Part shown: positions 28,872 to 38,418 of the stretch, piece after piece
Layout of the letters: each line of letters begins with the position of its first letter
How positions within the stretch are numbered: position 1 is the first letter of the stretch
From: Myxococcota bacterium
Lineage (GTDB): Bacteria > Myxococcota_A > UBA796 > SXON01
NCBI GenBank assembly: GCA_040386535.1
Contig: JAZKFH010000019.1
Location: forward strand, 128,001-192,000
DNA length: 64,000 nt
Direction of reading: 5' to 3'
The notes under the pieces: generated by a model
What the model was told of the DNA's origin: nothing
Seen by the model: only the letters and a program-made list of their open reading frames with translations
Databases searched by the model: none
Position numbers and translations under genes: made by a program

Positions 28872-30044
28872 ATGCGCTTTGAAAGGTGTCGATCGGCTGA
28901 CGTGTCCCTGCGCGAACGTCTGCATAGCAAGGTTCCCCCGACCAGCTTCGAGGATTGGGCGGAGTGGTTCTACGACCTCGCGCCGCTGCGCGTTGATCCT
29001 GCGGGTATGCAGGCGGCTCTCCAAGCGGTCGCCCCCGTGCAACGCGTCGTGGAGTTCTACAGCCCCGGTCCGGTTTTGGAGCACTTGGCGGAGGCCGGTC
29101 GTCTGCACGAGTCGGTGTCCTTCAACCTCGCTCACCGCGAGTATCGCGGAGGGCGCACGTACTGCTTCTACCACCCCGATCGCGACGGGCTCGACGTCAC
29201 GACGGGTGGGTACCTTCGCGAGTCCGATGACCCCCGTGTTCACCTCCAGGCCGTACCCCGAGCCGTCCGGCATCTGCTGCTCCCGCCCCCCGAGCACGTC
29301 CTCGTCAACGTCGATATCAAGAGCTGTTTTCTCGCGGCCGCTGCTGCGCTCACCGGCGATCCCGTGCTGCGCGCGGACCTCGACCAGGATGTTCACCAGC
29401 TCTGGGGGGACCACCTGGTGCCGGAGCTCGATCGCGAAGGGCGCAAGGGGATCGGGAAGCTGTTCAACAACGCGTTGATCGGTGGGATGACCGAGTTCGG
29501 CGTAGCGCGCGCGTTTGAGGAGCGCGGTGTCCGCGTAACCGTCGATCGGGCCCGCGCGGCGACGGCTGAGTGGTGGTCCCGCTACTCCCGCTTCGCCGAT
29601 TTGCGTCTCCACGTTTGGGCCATGCACGAGCGCCACCGCCGCGCGCGCTCGGCGATGTGGATCGAAGCACCTGATGGGCGCATGTTCCATTTCGATACTC
29701 GCGCGCTCGATGGCACGGATAGGCATGAAGCCGATCCGATCGGCGGGGCCCGTCGCTCGACCTTCTCCTCCCTTTTTCGCGCAGTAGAGGGCTGTGTGCT
29801 CGATCGGGCGCTCGCCCTCGTTGCGGCCGAGGGGTACAAACTGGGAGTTCGGCTGGTCGTACCGATGTACGACGGCGCGCTGTTCGCTGTACCTGAGCGC
29901 TACGGAGGGTGCGGGAAGGCGCTTGTCGGGGGCGCGTTTAGGCAGGCGCTCTTGGATGTCGGGGTCCCCGCGAGGCTCGACCTCGAGCTGCGGCGTGCAT
30001 GGGGAGGCCCCCCCGAGCCGGAAGTACCGGAGGGCCGGGACTGA
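28872..30044 (+). CDS. Minimal, divergent family-A DNA polymerase (polymerase domain only)
   Basis: TTGG..SDDPRVHLQAVP..VR; motif A VNVDIKSCFL..LTGD..L...DVH; motif B KGIGKLFNNALIGGM; motif C LVVPMYDGALF. Confidence 0.75.
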   Translation: MRFERCRSADVSLRERLHSKVPPTSFEDWAEWFYDLAPLRVDPAGMQAALQAVAPVQRVVEFYSPGPVLEHLAEAGRLHESVSFNLAHREYRGGRTYCFYHPDRDGLDVTTGGYLRESDDPRVHLQAVPRAVRHLLLPPPEHVLVNVDIKSCFLAAAAALTGDPVLRADLDQDVHQLWGDHLVPELDREGRKGIGKLFNNALIGGMTEFGVARAFEERGVRVTVDRARAATAEWWSRYSRFADLRLHVWAMHERHRRARSAMWIEAPDGRMFHFDTRALDGTDRHEADPIGGARRSTFSSLFRAVEGCVLDRALALVAAEGYKLGVRLVVPMYDGALFAVPERYGGCGKALVGGAFRQALLDVGVPARLDLELRRAWGGPPEPEVPEGRD

Positions 30045-30056
30045 CCTTCGCATCAC

Positions 30057-30209
30057 GGAGGTACATGCCGGGCCGGCGCCCGGATCGCCACTTTACAACG
30101 GTTGAAGTCTACTCTCCTTGCTGAGCCCCCGCCACTCCCCCGATGGGGGTCGAGCGGTGCGGCGGCGCCTTGGGGATCGGGCTGGCGGGTTCGACTCCCG
30201 CTACCTCCT
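30057..30209 (+). ncRNA. tRNA-like RNA with Sec/allo-tRNA-type D arm and ~80-nt extra arm
   Basis: GGAGGTA/TACCTCC acceptor; CCGGGC-CGGC-GCCCGG D arm; GCGGG-TTCGACT-CCCGC T arm. Confidence 0.65.
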
Positions 30210-30260
30210 CTCTCTCTACCTCTCTCACAATCGCTGGCCGATGTTCGGCCACAAACCAAT

Positions 30261-30629
30261 ATGGAAAACAACATGACCGAAGAGCTTCTCTGGCATCGCT
30301 ATTTCTACGAGGCGATCTGTACCATCAACGACCACGATTGGGATATCGCGAGCGCCCCGCTGGACCAGGTGTGCTTGGTGGCCCGGACTGCTGTCGAGTA
30401 CGCCCTCGCCCTGCGCAACGGGGCATCCCCGGAAGGGGCGGAGGAGGAAACGCGCGACTACTGGGCGGAGTGCATGGGCTGGGACGAGGACACGTCGGAA
30501 GAGGAGAGGGAGCGCCACGGCGGCGACGATGTTGAACGCGCTCTGGACATCGGTAGGGCGATCGGCTGGCTGAACGACAGCGCCACCGTAGGGAGCAAGC
30601 GCATCCCCGGCGCCATGCCGCCCGCGTAG
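30261..30629 (+). CDS. Acidic hypothetical protein
   Basis: MENNMTEELLWHRYFYEAI...; GC3-biased codons. Confidence 0.6.
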   Translation: MENNMTEELLWHRYFYEAICTINDHDWDIASAPLDQVCLVARTAVEYALALRNGASPEGAEEETRDYWAECMGWDEDTSEEERERHGGDDVERALDIGRAIGWLNDSATVGSKRIPGAMPPA

Positions 30630-30875
30630 GCGCTTCCGATTACGACGGCACGTTGTTTGCGGTACCCGCAAGCGACGCCACGGCGGCGAGCCAACACCTG
30701 CGCCTCGATTCGACCGGGCCGCTCCGCGAGGCGAACGTCCCCGCGGGGCTTGACGTGTCGATCCGCGACGCAGCGGCCCCGTTGCACACCCCCGTCTCAT
30801 AGAAATGACTCATCGTGTTCCCGCTCGTTTGGCGCGCGGCGGGCACGCTCAACAGCGCCTTAGGAAAGAATCTCT

Positions 30876-31208
30876 ATGCTTCAATCGCACCCGCGTGACG
30901 CCCTCACTATCCATGCCGCAGAAATGCTTGATGTCATTTACGAACGCGAACCTCGCCGCGGTGTCTCGGCCGCGCTCGCGGACGCCGACGGCGCCGCCGA
31001 GTACGTCCTCGCGTATGAGGCCAGCGGAGATCCGGAACTGGCAGCGCGCGTGGCCCGGTTGCGTTGGGAGGAGAATCCCGGAAACGACCGTACCGAGACT
31101 TTCGAGTTCGTGCTTTCTCTGGCGGAGCTCCTGATCGACTTCGTACGGTGGCATGCGGAGAACGGCGAGGCGGTCCCGCGGCCCGGTCGCCCGGAGCCCA
31201 CCGAATGA
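30876..31208 (+). CDS. Hypothetical protein
   Basis: AGGA RBS; protein-like 110-aa ORF. Confidence 0.55.
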   Translation: MLQSHPRDALTIHAAEMLDVIYEREPRRGVSAALADADGAAEYVLAYEASGDPELAARVARLRWEENPGNDRTETFEFVLSLAELLIDFVRWHAENGEAVPRPGRPEPTE

Positions 31209-32182
31209 GCCGGGGCAATCGCTCATAGGCGCTGACGCGGTGAAGCGCGCGGGACAGAGGATCGGCGCGTGCACCGGGCGGGCGGATCCTCTTCCCCATA
31301 TACGACTCGTCGGTGATTCAGGCCCCGCTGCCGGTCTCGTCGGCGGATGCTGGAACAAGGACGGCCACGCGGACAGACTCGAGCGCTTCTTGGCCGCTCC
31401 GACCTGGAAGCCGTGACGTACTCGGGGCGCGCCCCACCATCGGCCGCCCGTGGTACCCTCGGCGCTTGGGCCCAGCCGTCACGACACCGCCGCGATCTAC
31501 GGCGTGACCGTGAGAGTCGCGGCGTGCCAAGAGGATCGTTTCCCCTACCTGCCGGTATTTGACAACCTGGTCGAGAAGCTGGCGCAGGCGGGATTCACCG
31601 TCACGAGCGCGCCGCGGGAGTTCGGCTCGGGCACGCCTATGGCGCTCCGGGTCGCTCTTCGGGACGTGTCCACTTGCCGAGCCCGCTGGTGGTCCCCGTC
31701 GTGGAGGCCATCTTCGAGCCGCGCGCTGACAGCAAGTACACCCACCGCCTCGTCCTGCGCGGCGTAAACGACGCGATCCGACGCGCCGGGGCAACCGTGG
31801 ATCGGATGGAGTCGGGGGCAAGAGCTTTGACGAGTTGAAGTGCGCGTGAAGTACCGCGCCCCGTCGTAAGACGCGTCGCGGTTCCACGGGGGAGAGTGAT
31901 CCCCCTGCCCGCCTAATACCTCCCGCCGGGGCGGGGCGAGGTCAACCGGATGGTCCGCAACGACGCCCGCAGGTTCGAGAGCCAGTAGACTGAGGTTCGC
32001 GGGTCGCGCCGAGGTTGACCAGCTGGCGCTCGCGGTAGATCCGGGCCCGGCCGCGGGGGGCGCGGGAGAGGAGGCGCATTGGGGGCGGCGCGTATCGTCG
32101 GCCGCGCGTCCCTGCCGTCAAACGCGCCTTCGCGTAGCGGGGGCGCCCTCCATGAAGCCCTCTGAAGAGCTACCTTGACCTT

Positions 32183-32653
32183 TCAGAACGATCCGCGGCG
32201 CCAGCCGCGGTGGACCCCGCAGTACTTCCGGCCCGGATTCACGCCGTTCTCGCACCGAAGTCGGCTATCGCAAGCCAAGCGCGCATGGCAACGCTCCTCG
32301 CTCCCCGAGGCCGAGCCTCCTCGGCAGGGCGCCGCGCGAACGAGCGCGGCAGACTCGCCCGCACAGGTGGAGCAACACATCGCATTCCGGGCGTTGTGGC
32401 TGTGCTTCGGTGCACGAGTGCAGTGGTTCGCGCCCACCCTCCGGTTGCAGGCGATGTGGGCGGGGAAGAGGTTGGAAAAGGCATCCGTACCGCCACATCG
32501 CTTCGCCTTGTGGTGGCTCACCTCCCACGCGGCCAACGCGGCGTAGTTGCCGTAGTGCTTGAAAACGATTCGGCCTTCCCGCCCGCAGCAGATGTGGCAG
32601 ACCCCGTTTGCCTTCCAAAATATTTCGAATAGGTCGGAATCGCTATAGCCCAC
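32183..32653 (-). CDS. HNH endonuclease with Cys-rich C-terminus
   Basis: GVCHIC...WEVSHH....GGTD.FSNLFPAHIACN; GTG start inferred. Confidence 0.8.
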   Translation of the reverse strand: MGYSDSDLFEIFWKANGVCHICCGREGRIVFKHYGNYAALAAWEVSHHKAKRCGGTDAFSNLFPAHIACNRRVGANHCTRAPKHSHNARNAMCCSTCAGESAALVRAAPCRGGSASGSEERCHARLACDSRLRCENGVNPGRKYCGVHRGWRRGSF

Positions 32654-32961
32654 GGGTGCCTCCCCGAGCGGAGCATCCCGCGCTCCTGTTGAAGAGCTAA
32701 ACAAGCTTGTCCCTACGTCAATCGTGGGGCCCGTAGCTGCCAACCAAGGTCCTCTCCCTGCGATCGGCGCGTCGCCCGTCCCGTTGCACGAGTGGGCGGC
32801 GTTGCGGTCGCCAGGAGCTACTTCGAAGCCAATGCTTGCCCCCCGTCGCGCCGCGTGCGGGCCTCGAGCTACTCTGGCGGTGGTGCCACGCGGCGAATGC
32901 CCCCGCGACGCTGGGCTGCCGCTGAAGAGGACCTCCCGTTGAGCCGCCCCCGAGCGAAAGC

Positions 32962-34236
32962 CTATACGCGAGGCCAAGCCGGCACATCGTAGCCCAACGA
33001 CTGCATGAAGCCGCGGTACAGCCCCCACGCTTCCTCACGGGACCTCGCAGTTCGCTCGGGGGCCGGCCGCGCCCACACACGGATCGTCTCGTCGGTAACC
33101 GGCCCGATGTCGCGGAGCGCGCGCGCTACCCTCCGGCACGTTTCGTCTGCGCACCGCTTGCTGTCCGCGAATCCGTTTACGCGCAACCAGCCACGGAACG
33201 CGGCGTTATCGAGCGCTCGGGGCATGACGGAGCCGCGGACGGCGGACGACTTCGCGCGCTCCCGCGCGCGGGCGTAGGCTGCCTTGTCCGACACAGCCTG
33301 TTCGCGCTCGATGCGGGCGATCGCCTCGCCGATGGCCTCGGGGCTCGGGGAGGGCGGGCCGTCGTGCTCTGGCTCCTCCACGGGCGCGCGCCGGGCGCGA
33401 GTGGCCACGCGGGCCGATAATCCGGCGCCGCCCGCTTCCTGGTGCGTCCTCTCTGCTGGGCGCGTCGATGAGATGCTTCCCGCGCGCAGCCTGTCTTCGA
33501 TCCATGCGACGAGCCGCGCGCGCTCAAACCGGAGCGGGTTGTCGAGATGGGGCACCATCCCGGCTTCCGCCAGCGCGTAGACTTGGCGCCGGCTCACGCC
33601 GATCAGCTTGGCGGCCTCGGGCACGCGCAACCACTCGAACGAGGGCGGTCCGGGCACGTACGTGGAGGCGCCCGCGGTCGGCTCCGGGAGGGCTCGGGTG
33701 GCCTCGCTTAGCACGAACCCGACGCGTTCGACCCCCGCAGCGCTACGCGCCATGTCGGCCGTCGCGTGCTCCCCGCGCGCTCGTAGAGTGGCCACGACCT
33801 CCGCGAGGAGCTGCTCCGGCGTCGGAAGGGGCGACGGGGTCGGAGGGGGCGGCGGGTTCGGAGGCGGTGAGCTGGGCGACGCCGGCGGCGAAGCTGCGGC
33901 GGGAAGCGGTTCGGGTTCCATCTCGGCGGAGGGCTGGCGTCGCGCGCGGAGCATGGCCCCATGATCGCGCGCAACCTCGGTCGCGGGCCGCCTTGGGGGC
34001 GGCCGCAGCGCCCCGGCATTCTCCGCGAGTACGCGAGCGAGCCGAAGGGCGTCCTTCTCCGGCATGCCCGCGGGATCCAGTCCCTCGTTGAGGGCGAGCG
34101 TGGCGAGAGAAGGACGTTCGCGTTTCCGACTTTCCGTTCCGTCGCGGCCGACGATCAGGACGTTGTAGTTCGCGTGCCAGTTCCCCGTCTTCCCGTCCCG
34201 GTAGGCCCTCACCTGGTTCTCTACGGGGCGTCCCAT
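32962..34236 (-). CDS. Multi-domain DNA-binding protein with central excisionase-like HTH
   Basis: AGGAG RBS; FEWLRVPEAAKLIGVSRRQVYALAEAGMVPH..PLRFERARLVAW. Confidence 0.7.
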   Translation of the reverse strand: MGRPVENQVRAYRDGKTGNWHANYNVLIVGRDGTESRKRERPSLATLALNEGLDPAGMPEKDALRLARVLAENAGALRPPPRRPATEVARDHGAMLRARRQPSAEMEPEPLPAAASPPASPSSPPPNPPPPPTPSPLPTPEQLLAEVVATLRARGEHATADMARSAAGVERVGFVLSEATRALPEPTAGASTYVPGPPSFEWLRVPEAAKLIGVSRRQVYALAEAGMVPHLDNPLRFERARLVAWIEDRLRAGSISSTRPAERTHQEAGGAGLSARVATRARRAPVEEPEHDGPPSPSPEAIGEAIARIEREQAVSDKAAYARARERAKSSAVRGSVMPRALDNAAFRGWLRVNGFADSKRCADETCRRVARALRDIGPVTDETIRVWARPAPERTARSREEAWGLYRGFMQSLGYDVPAWPRV

Positions 34237-34269
34237 CTCCGGCTCCTTGCGCCCCCTGTTTGCCTCACA

Positions 34270-34284
34270 TGCACTTTTAGTGCA
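34270..34284. promoter_or_regulatory. Putative operator TGCACT-ttt-AGTGCA between divergent genes
   Basis: Perfect 6-bp inverted repeat between the xis-like and XRE genes. Confidence 0.45.
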
Positions 34285-34342
34285 AGCACCACCAATAGAT
34301 CATTCCGCAGCGCGGGCGGGATCGGGACCATGACCCCGTTCC

Positions 34343-34717
34343 ATGCCACGCCCCCGCGATCCCGAACTCCTGCGCGCCCTCGGCCGACGCTTCCATGCCC
34401 TCCGTACGAAGGCCGAGTGGTCGCAGGAGCAGCTTGCCGAAGCGATAGGCGTAGGCCCGAACATGGTGAGCTACTACGAAAACGGCCGGAAGGGGCTGTC
34501 CATTGACTCCCTGGCCCTCGCGGCCCGTGCGCTCGGCGTGCGGCTCGCCGACCTCGTCGATGTTGAGCCCGGCGCCAGCGCCCCCGAGGCGTACTCCCGG
34601 CCGCCGACCGAGGACGATTCCCTCGCAGGTGCGATCCGCGCGCTTCCGCCAGGCGCGCGGGAGCTTGCGGGGGATCTCGTGCGCGATCTGGCCCGGCGGT
34701 GGCCGTCCGAGGTGTAG
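34343..34717 (+). CDS. XRE-family HTH repressor
   Basis: LGRRFHALR..WSQEQLAEAIGV....VSYYENGRK..SIDSL...ARALGV. Confidence 0.93.
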   Translation: MPRPRDPELLRALGRRFHALRTKAEWSQEQLAEAIGVGPNMVSYYENGRKGLSIDSLALAARALGVRLADLVDVEPGASAPEAYSRPPTEDDSLAGAIRALPPGARELAGDLVRDLARRWPSEV

Positions 34718-35023
34718 GCTCGAGGTTCTCGGATCACGCGGGTGGTTGGGCCGGCTGCGGACGCCAAGGCGTAGGCCGTTGGCGCTATGGAGGATCGGCT
34801 TCGTGCGGCGAGCGCTGATCCCCGCGCGCCCACGTCCGGATGGAGCGTACGGCCTCGCGGATCTCGTCGTCAGTGAGCACGCCGCACTATCGCCGGCCCG
34901 CTGGATGTGCGCCAGAGCCGCGCGAACGAGCCGATCATATGGGCCAATCCGGAGCCCCGGCGAGCGGGCGTGACCGAGAGGGCTGGCCCGTGTACACTGC
35001 GCCCCACGTACAAGGTGCGCTGA

Positions 35024-36373
35024 ATGGGGTTCTTTAGGTTCCGGAAGTCGATCCGCATCGCGCCGGGAATCCGCCTCTCGCTGAGCAAGCGCGGCCTGGG
35101 CGTCTCCGCGGGGGTCAGGGGATTCCGGGCGTCGATGGGTTCGCGGGGATTGGGGTTGACGGCGGGCATTCCTGGCACGGGCCTCTCGTACTCCATGTTC
35201 AGCGGGAGCGGCAGCCGCTCGACAGGTGGCCGTTCATCTTACCGAGAGTTGCAGCGTTCCCAACGCGAGGAGCAGCGCAGGGCCATCGCGGCCGCGCGCG
35301 CACAGGAGAAAGCCGCTGCCCTCGCCGCCGCACGCGCCGAGCACGAGGCGCACGAAACTCAGATCGGGGCGCTCCGATCCGTCCTACGTGAACGCGAAGT
35401 GGAGCGGTTCGCGTGGTCCGAACTTGTCGCGTGTCAGGGGCCGTTCGTACCCGTGCCGTTCGTGCCGCCGGCCTTCGCGCCTCCGCCCGGTGTCGTGCGG
35501 GGACGAGTGGCTACGCGTCACCCGGTGTGGGGCTGGGTATTTACGGGCGTTGTCAGCCTGCTCGCGGCGGGGTTCCTTTCGGTCTCGGGCATCGCCGTGG
35601 CCTTTGCCGCAGGAGCCGAGGTGGGCACGCGCCTTGTGGCTGGAGCCATCCCCATCCTCCTCGCGCTTGTGCTGGCCGCGGTCGCGGTCGCCTGCACCAT
35701 CGCCGCCCTTGGGGCTACCCGTCGGCGACCAGCGGAGATGCTGCGCGTGCTCGCCGAGATGGAGGGGGAACACGCCCGCCAAGTGGACGACGAGCGCGAA
35801 GCCCATGCAGAAGCGCAGGCGCGCGAGGCGCGCGAGTGGGCCGCGGATGAGGTGGCACGCGAGGAGTTGCGTGACGCGGCATCTCGGCAGGACCCGGAGC
35901 CCCTGGCGCACCTCCTGGCGGCCGAGTTGGAGAACGAGGACTTTCCGATCCCGGTTGTTTGTGACGCGGACTTCGACGGCTGCGAACGCGTCGCGATCTG
36001 GCTGGAGTTGCCGGACCTCGATGACGTTCCTGATGAGCGCACGTCCCTGACGAGTACCGGGAAGCTTTCGCGCAAGAAGATGGCGCAGCGCGACCGCGTG
36101 GCGATCTATGAGGATCTCTGCTGTGGTGTCGCGCTACGTCTCACCCACGAGGCATTTCGCGTGATTCCGGCGCTCATCGAGGTGATGGTGGAGGGGGTAT
36201 TCACCCAGCCGGACGCGACCGGCAAGGACACGGAGGGGACGGCATTGCGCTTCACCGTCACCCGAACCCGGTTTTTGGAGTGCGACCTGGACAAACTCGA
36301 CCCGAGCGATGCAGTCCGCGCGCTCGGGGTGTTCAATTGCTCGCGGAAAGGGGAGTTGGAGGCGTTGAGGTAG
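35024..36373 (+). CDS. DUF4236-domain membrane protein
   Basis: FRFRKSIRIAPGIRLSLSKRGLGVS.G...IPGTGLSY; two TM helices; coiled coil. Confidence 0.85.
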   Translation: MGFFRFRKSIRIAPGIRLSLSKRGLGVSAGVRGFRASMGSRGLGLTAGIPGTGLSYSMFSGSGSRSTGGRSSYRELQRSQREEQRRAIAAARAQEKAAALAAARAEHEAHETQIGALRSVLREREVERFAWSELVACQGPFVPVPFVPPAFAPPPGVVRGRVATRHPVWGWVFTGVVSLLAAGFLSVSGIAVAFAAGAEVGTRLVAGAIPILLALVLAAVAVACTIAALGATRRRPAEMLRVLAEMEGEHARQVDDEREAHAEAQAREAREWAADEVAREELRDAASRQDPEPLAHLLAAELENEDFPIPVVCDADFDGCERVAIWLELPDLDDVPDERTSLTSTGKLSRKKMAQRDRVAIYEDLCCGVALRLTHEAFRVIPALIEVMVEGVFTQPDATGKDTEGTALRFTVTRTRFLECDLDKLDPSDAVRALGVFNCSRKGELEALR

Positions 36374-36406
36374 GCTATCGGGAGGACCCTGTGGTCCGCC
36401 CGGTGG

Positions 36407-38206
36407 TCAGGTTGCGGTTTTCCCGCAGCAGCCCTTGTATTTCCGTCCGCTGCCACACACGCACGGCCCGTTACGCGCCACCCGTTGCGGCCGCGGTGAA
36501 GGGGGCCGCGGCGTGTCCTTGGGCGAAGGCGCACCGCTCGCCGCCCTGAGCGCGGCCCCGAAGGGGCCGTCGATCTGCACGCCCTTCGAGGTCCATCGAA
36601 CGGGGAACAATGGGCTGATCGCGAGCATGCGCTCCACGTCCTCCCGCGTCGCCGGCGGCTCTGTGGAGGACCCTTGGATTCGCAGAAGCACCGTCATGCT
36701 GTCCCCCAACCCCTTCCACGAGTCATCGCCGACTTGGTGTTCGAGCAAGGCGCCCGATTGCAGTAACAGCGAAAACAGCTCGTCCGTCCGTTCGGGGGAA
36801 CGTCGATCCCGCTCGCTCGGCCGCCAAACCCGACGGTCGATTTCATCGCGAACTCGGCGCAAAAGACGTTTCGCCTCGGCGCGCTCCGCCTCTTGGGTCG
36901 ATCTGGTCAGAACGCGTAGGAGGAGCTCAACGCCACGCCTCAGACCCCAGCCGGCAGGGTCATGGGCCAGTCCGCGCTCGGTTACGAGGAGCATGGCCGG
37001 GGCCACCTCCCGGTCCGCGGCCCCCGCCAACGCGGCCTGGGCAAGATCCTCGTGCCCCGCGCCCTTCTCGCTGAGCCGTATGTAGTCGGCCCACCATGCC
37101 GTCGGCACGTTGTCGGCCTTCGCGCGGTCGATCAGCGATACGATTTCGTCCTCGTTCCGCTCGCTCGCTGATCGGTCGAGGAGAAGCATCGCTAAGTTCG
37201 CGTGTGCGAGGGGGTACCCCGCCTCAGACGCGCGGCGCGCGTACGCGAGCGCTCGATCGGCGTTCCGCTCGATACCCAGTCCGTCGGCGCAAATCGCTAC
37301 GAGTAGGTTGAGCGCTTCGGGATGATCGGCCTCGGCCGCTCTCTCTGCCCATACGCGCGCTCGGGCCATGTCGGGCGCACCGGGGTAGGCACTTTTCGCC
37401 TCCATCAGCGCGTGCGCAAGCATCGATTGCGCGTCCGGATGCCCCTCGTCGGCAGCCCATTCGAGAAGGTCCGCAGCATCATTCGTGGTCTCCGCCGAAC
37501 GGATCTCCATGAGCATGATTTGCGCGCGCTCGAACATCGCGTCTCGACGCTCTATCGGCTGCGTGGTGCGCTGCGTGGCCCGCTTGAACCAGCTCAGGGC
37601 TTCAACAAAGCCCGCAGTGTTGGTCATCCAGGAGGACTGCTTCTCCGCCCTCGCGCGCTCCGCTGTCTCCACCTTGCTCGCCGTCGCTTCGGCGCGAAAC
37701 CGCCGGCCGATCAACATCATCGCCGAGGCGTCATCCTTAAAAATCGCCCGCTCGCAGATCGTGCCCCAGTGGACCGAGGGCGGCTCGACGAACGGGGCGA
37801 GCTGGGCGATATCCACGCCCGCGACGCGCTCCGCGTAGTGGGAGACGAGGCCGTAGAGCTTGAAAAGGGCATCGCGTGCCTCATCGCGCGTGGGCGGGCC
37901 GTCAGGACGCTGCTCAGGGTGCGCGCCCAGGTTCCCGGCTACGCGAACCTCGTGGAACGCCTCGGCCACAGGGCCGCGCAGGGCCAGCGAACGTATCAGG
38001 CGGTCGGTCTGGTCCTTGAGGGTGCCGCCGGTCCCGCGGGCGAGGTGGCGCGTCCAGGCGTCTACCAAGGCCGCCAGCGCGGCGCGGACCTGCACGAGCG
38101 CGTGACCCGGCAGCAAGGCGCAGGTACCCTCCGCCTCGGCGTAGAGCAGGGCGACCGGGGGCGGGGCCGCGTCTAAGGCGGAGCGGAGGGGCGGGGTGCG
38201 GATCAT
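36407..38206 (-). CDS. DUF4145-like + Sel1 repeats + SEC-C zinc motif protein (copy 2)
   Basis: Colinear paralog of 23582-25351; RNGPCVCGSGRKYKGCC. Confidence 0.85.
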   Translation of the reverse strand: MIRTPPLRSALDAAPPPVALLYAEAEGTCALLPGHALVQVRAALAALVDAWTRHLARGTGGTLKDQTDRLIRSLALRGPVAEAFHEVRVAGNLGAHPEQRPDGPPTRDEARDALFKLYGLVSHYAERVAGVDIAQLAPFVEPPSVHWGTICERAIFKDDASAMMLIGRRFRAEATASKVETAERARAEKQSSWMTNTAGFVEALSWFKRATQRTTQPIERRDAMFERAQIMLMEIRSAETTNDAADLLEWAADEGHPDAQSMLAHALMEAKSAYPGAPDMARARVWAERAAEADHPEALNLLVAICADGLGIERNADRALAYARRASEAGYPLAHANLAMLLLDRSASERNEDEIVSLIDRAKADNVPTAWWADYIRLSEKGAGHEDLAQAALAGAADREVAPAMLLVTERGLAHDPAGWGLRRGVELLLRVLTRSTQEAERAEAKRLLRRVRDEIDRRVWRPSERDRRSPERTDELFSLLLQSGALLEHQVGDDSWKGLGDSMTVLLRIQGSSTEPPATREDVERMLAISPLFPVRWTSKGVQIDGPFGAALRAASGAPSPKDTPRPPSPRPQRVARNGPCVCGSGRKYKGCCGKTAT

Positions 38207-38418
38207 GGCCAGCCAGGAGGTCCGGCTACTACGCTGCGACTACGACGGAGCTTCAACCTAAAGTGCCGTGGTACGAGGACGACGTCCTGCGCGTGGTTGG
38301 AGCCTCCCCCCGATCAGGGGACACCGCCTGTTCGGCGGAATGTGGCGCGAGTGCGCGAAGCGTTATCCGCATCGAGTCCCCCATCTCGTGGAGCGCGCCC
38401 CAGCCGCCGCGTGCTCGG

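Noticed and set aside
30057..30209. tmRNA or functional tRNA-Sec
   Set aside because: Too short for tmRNA and has A3-U70 rather than G3-U70; no TCA anticodon and the anticodon stem pairs poorly
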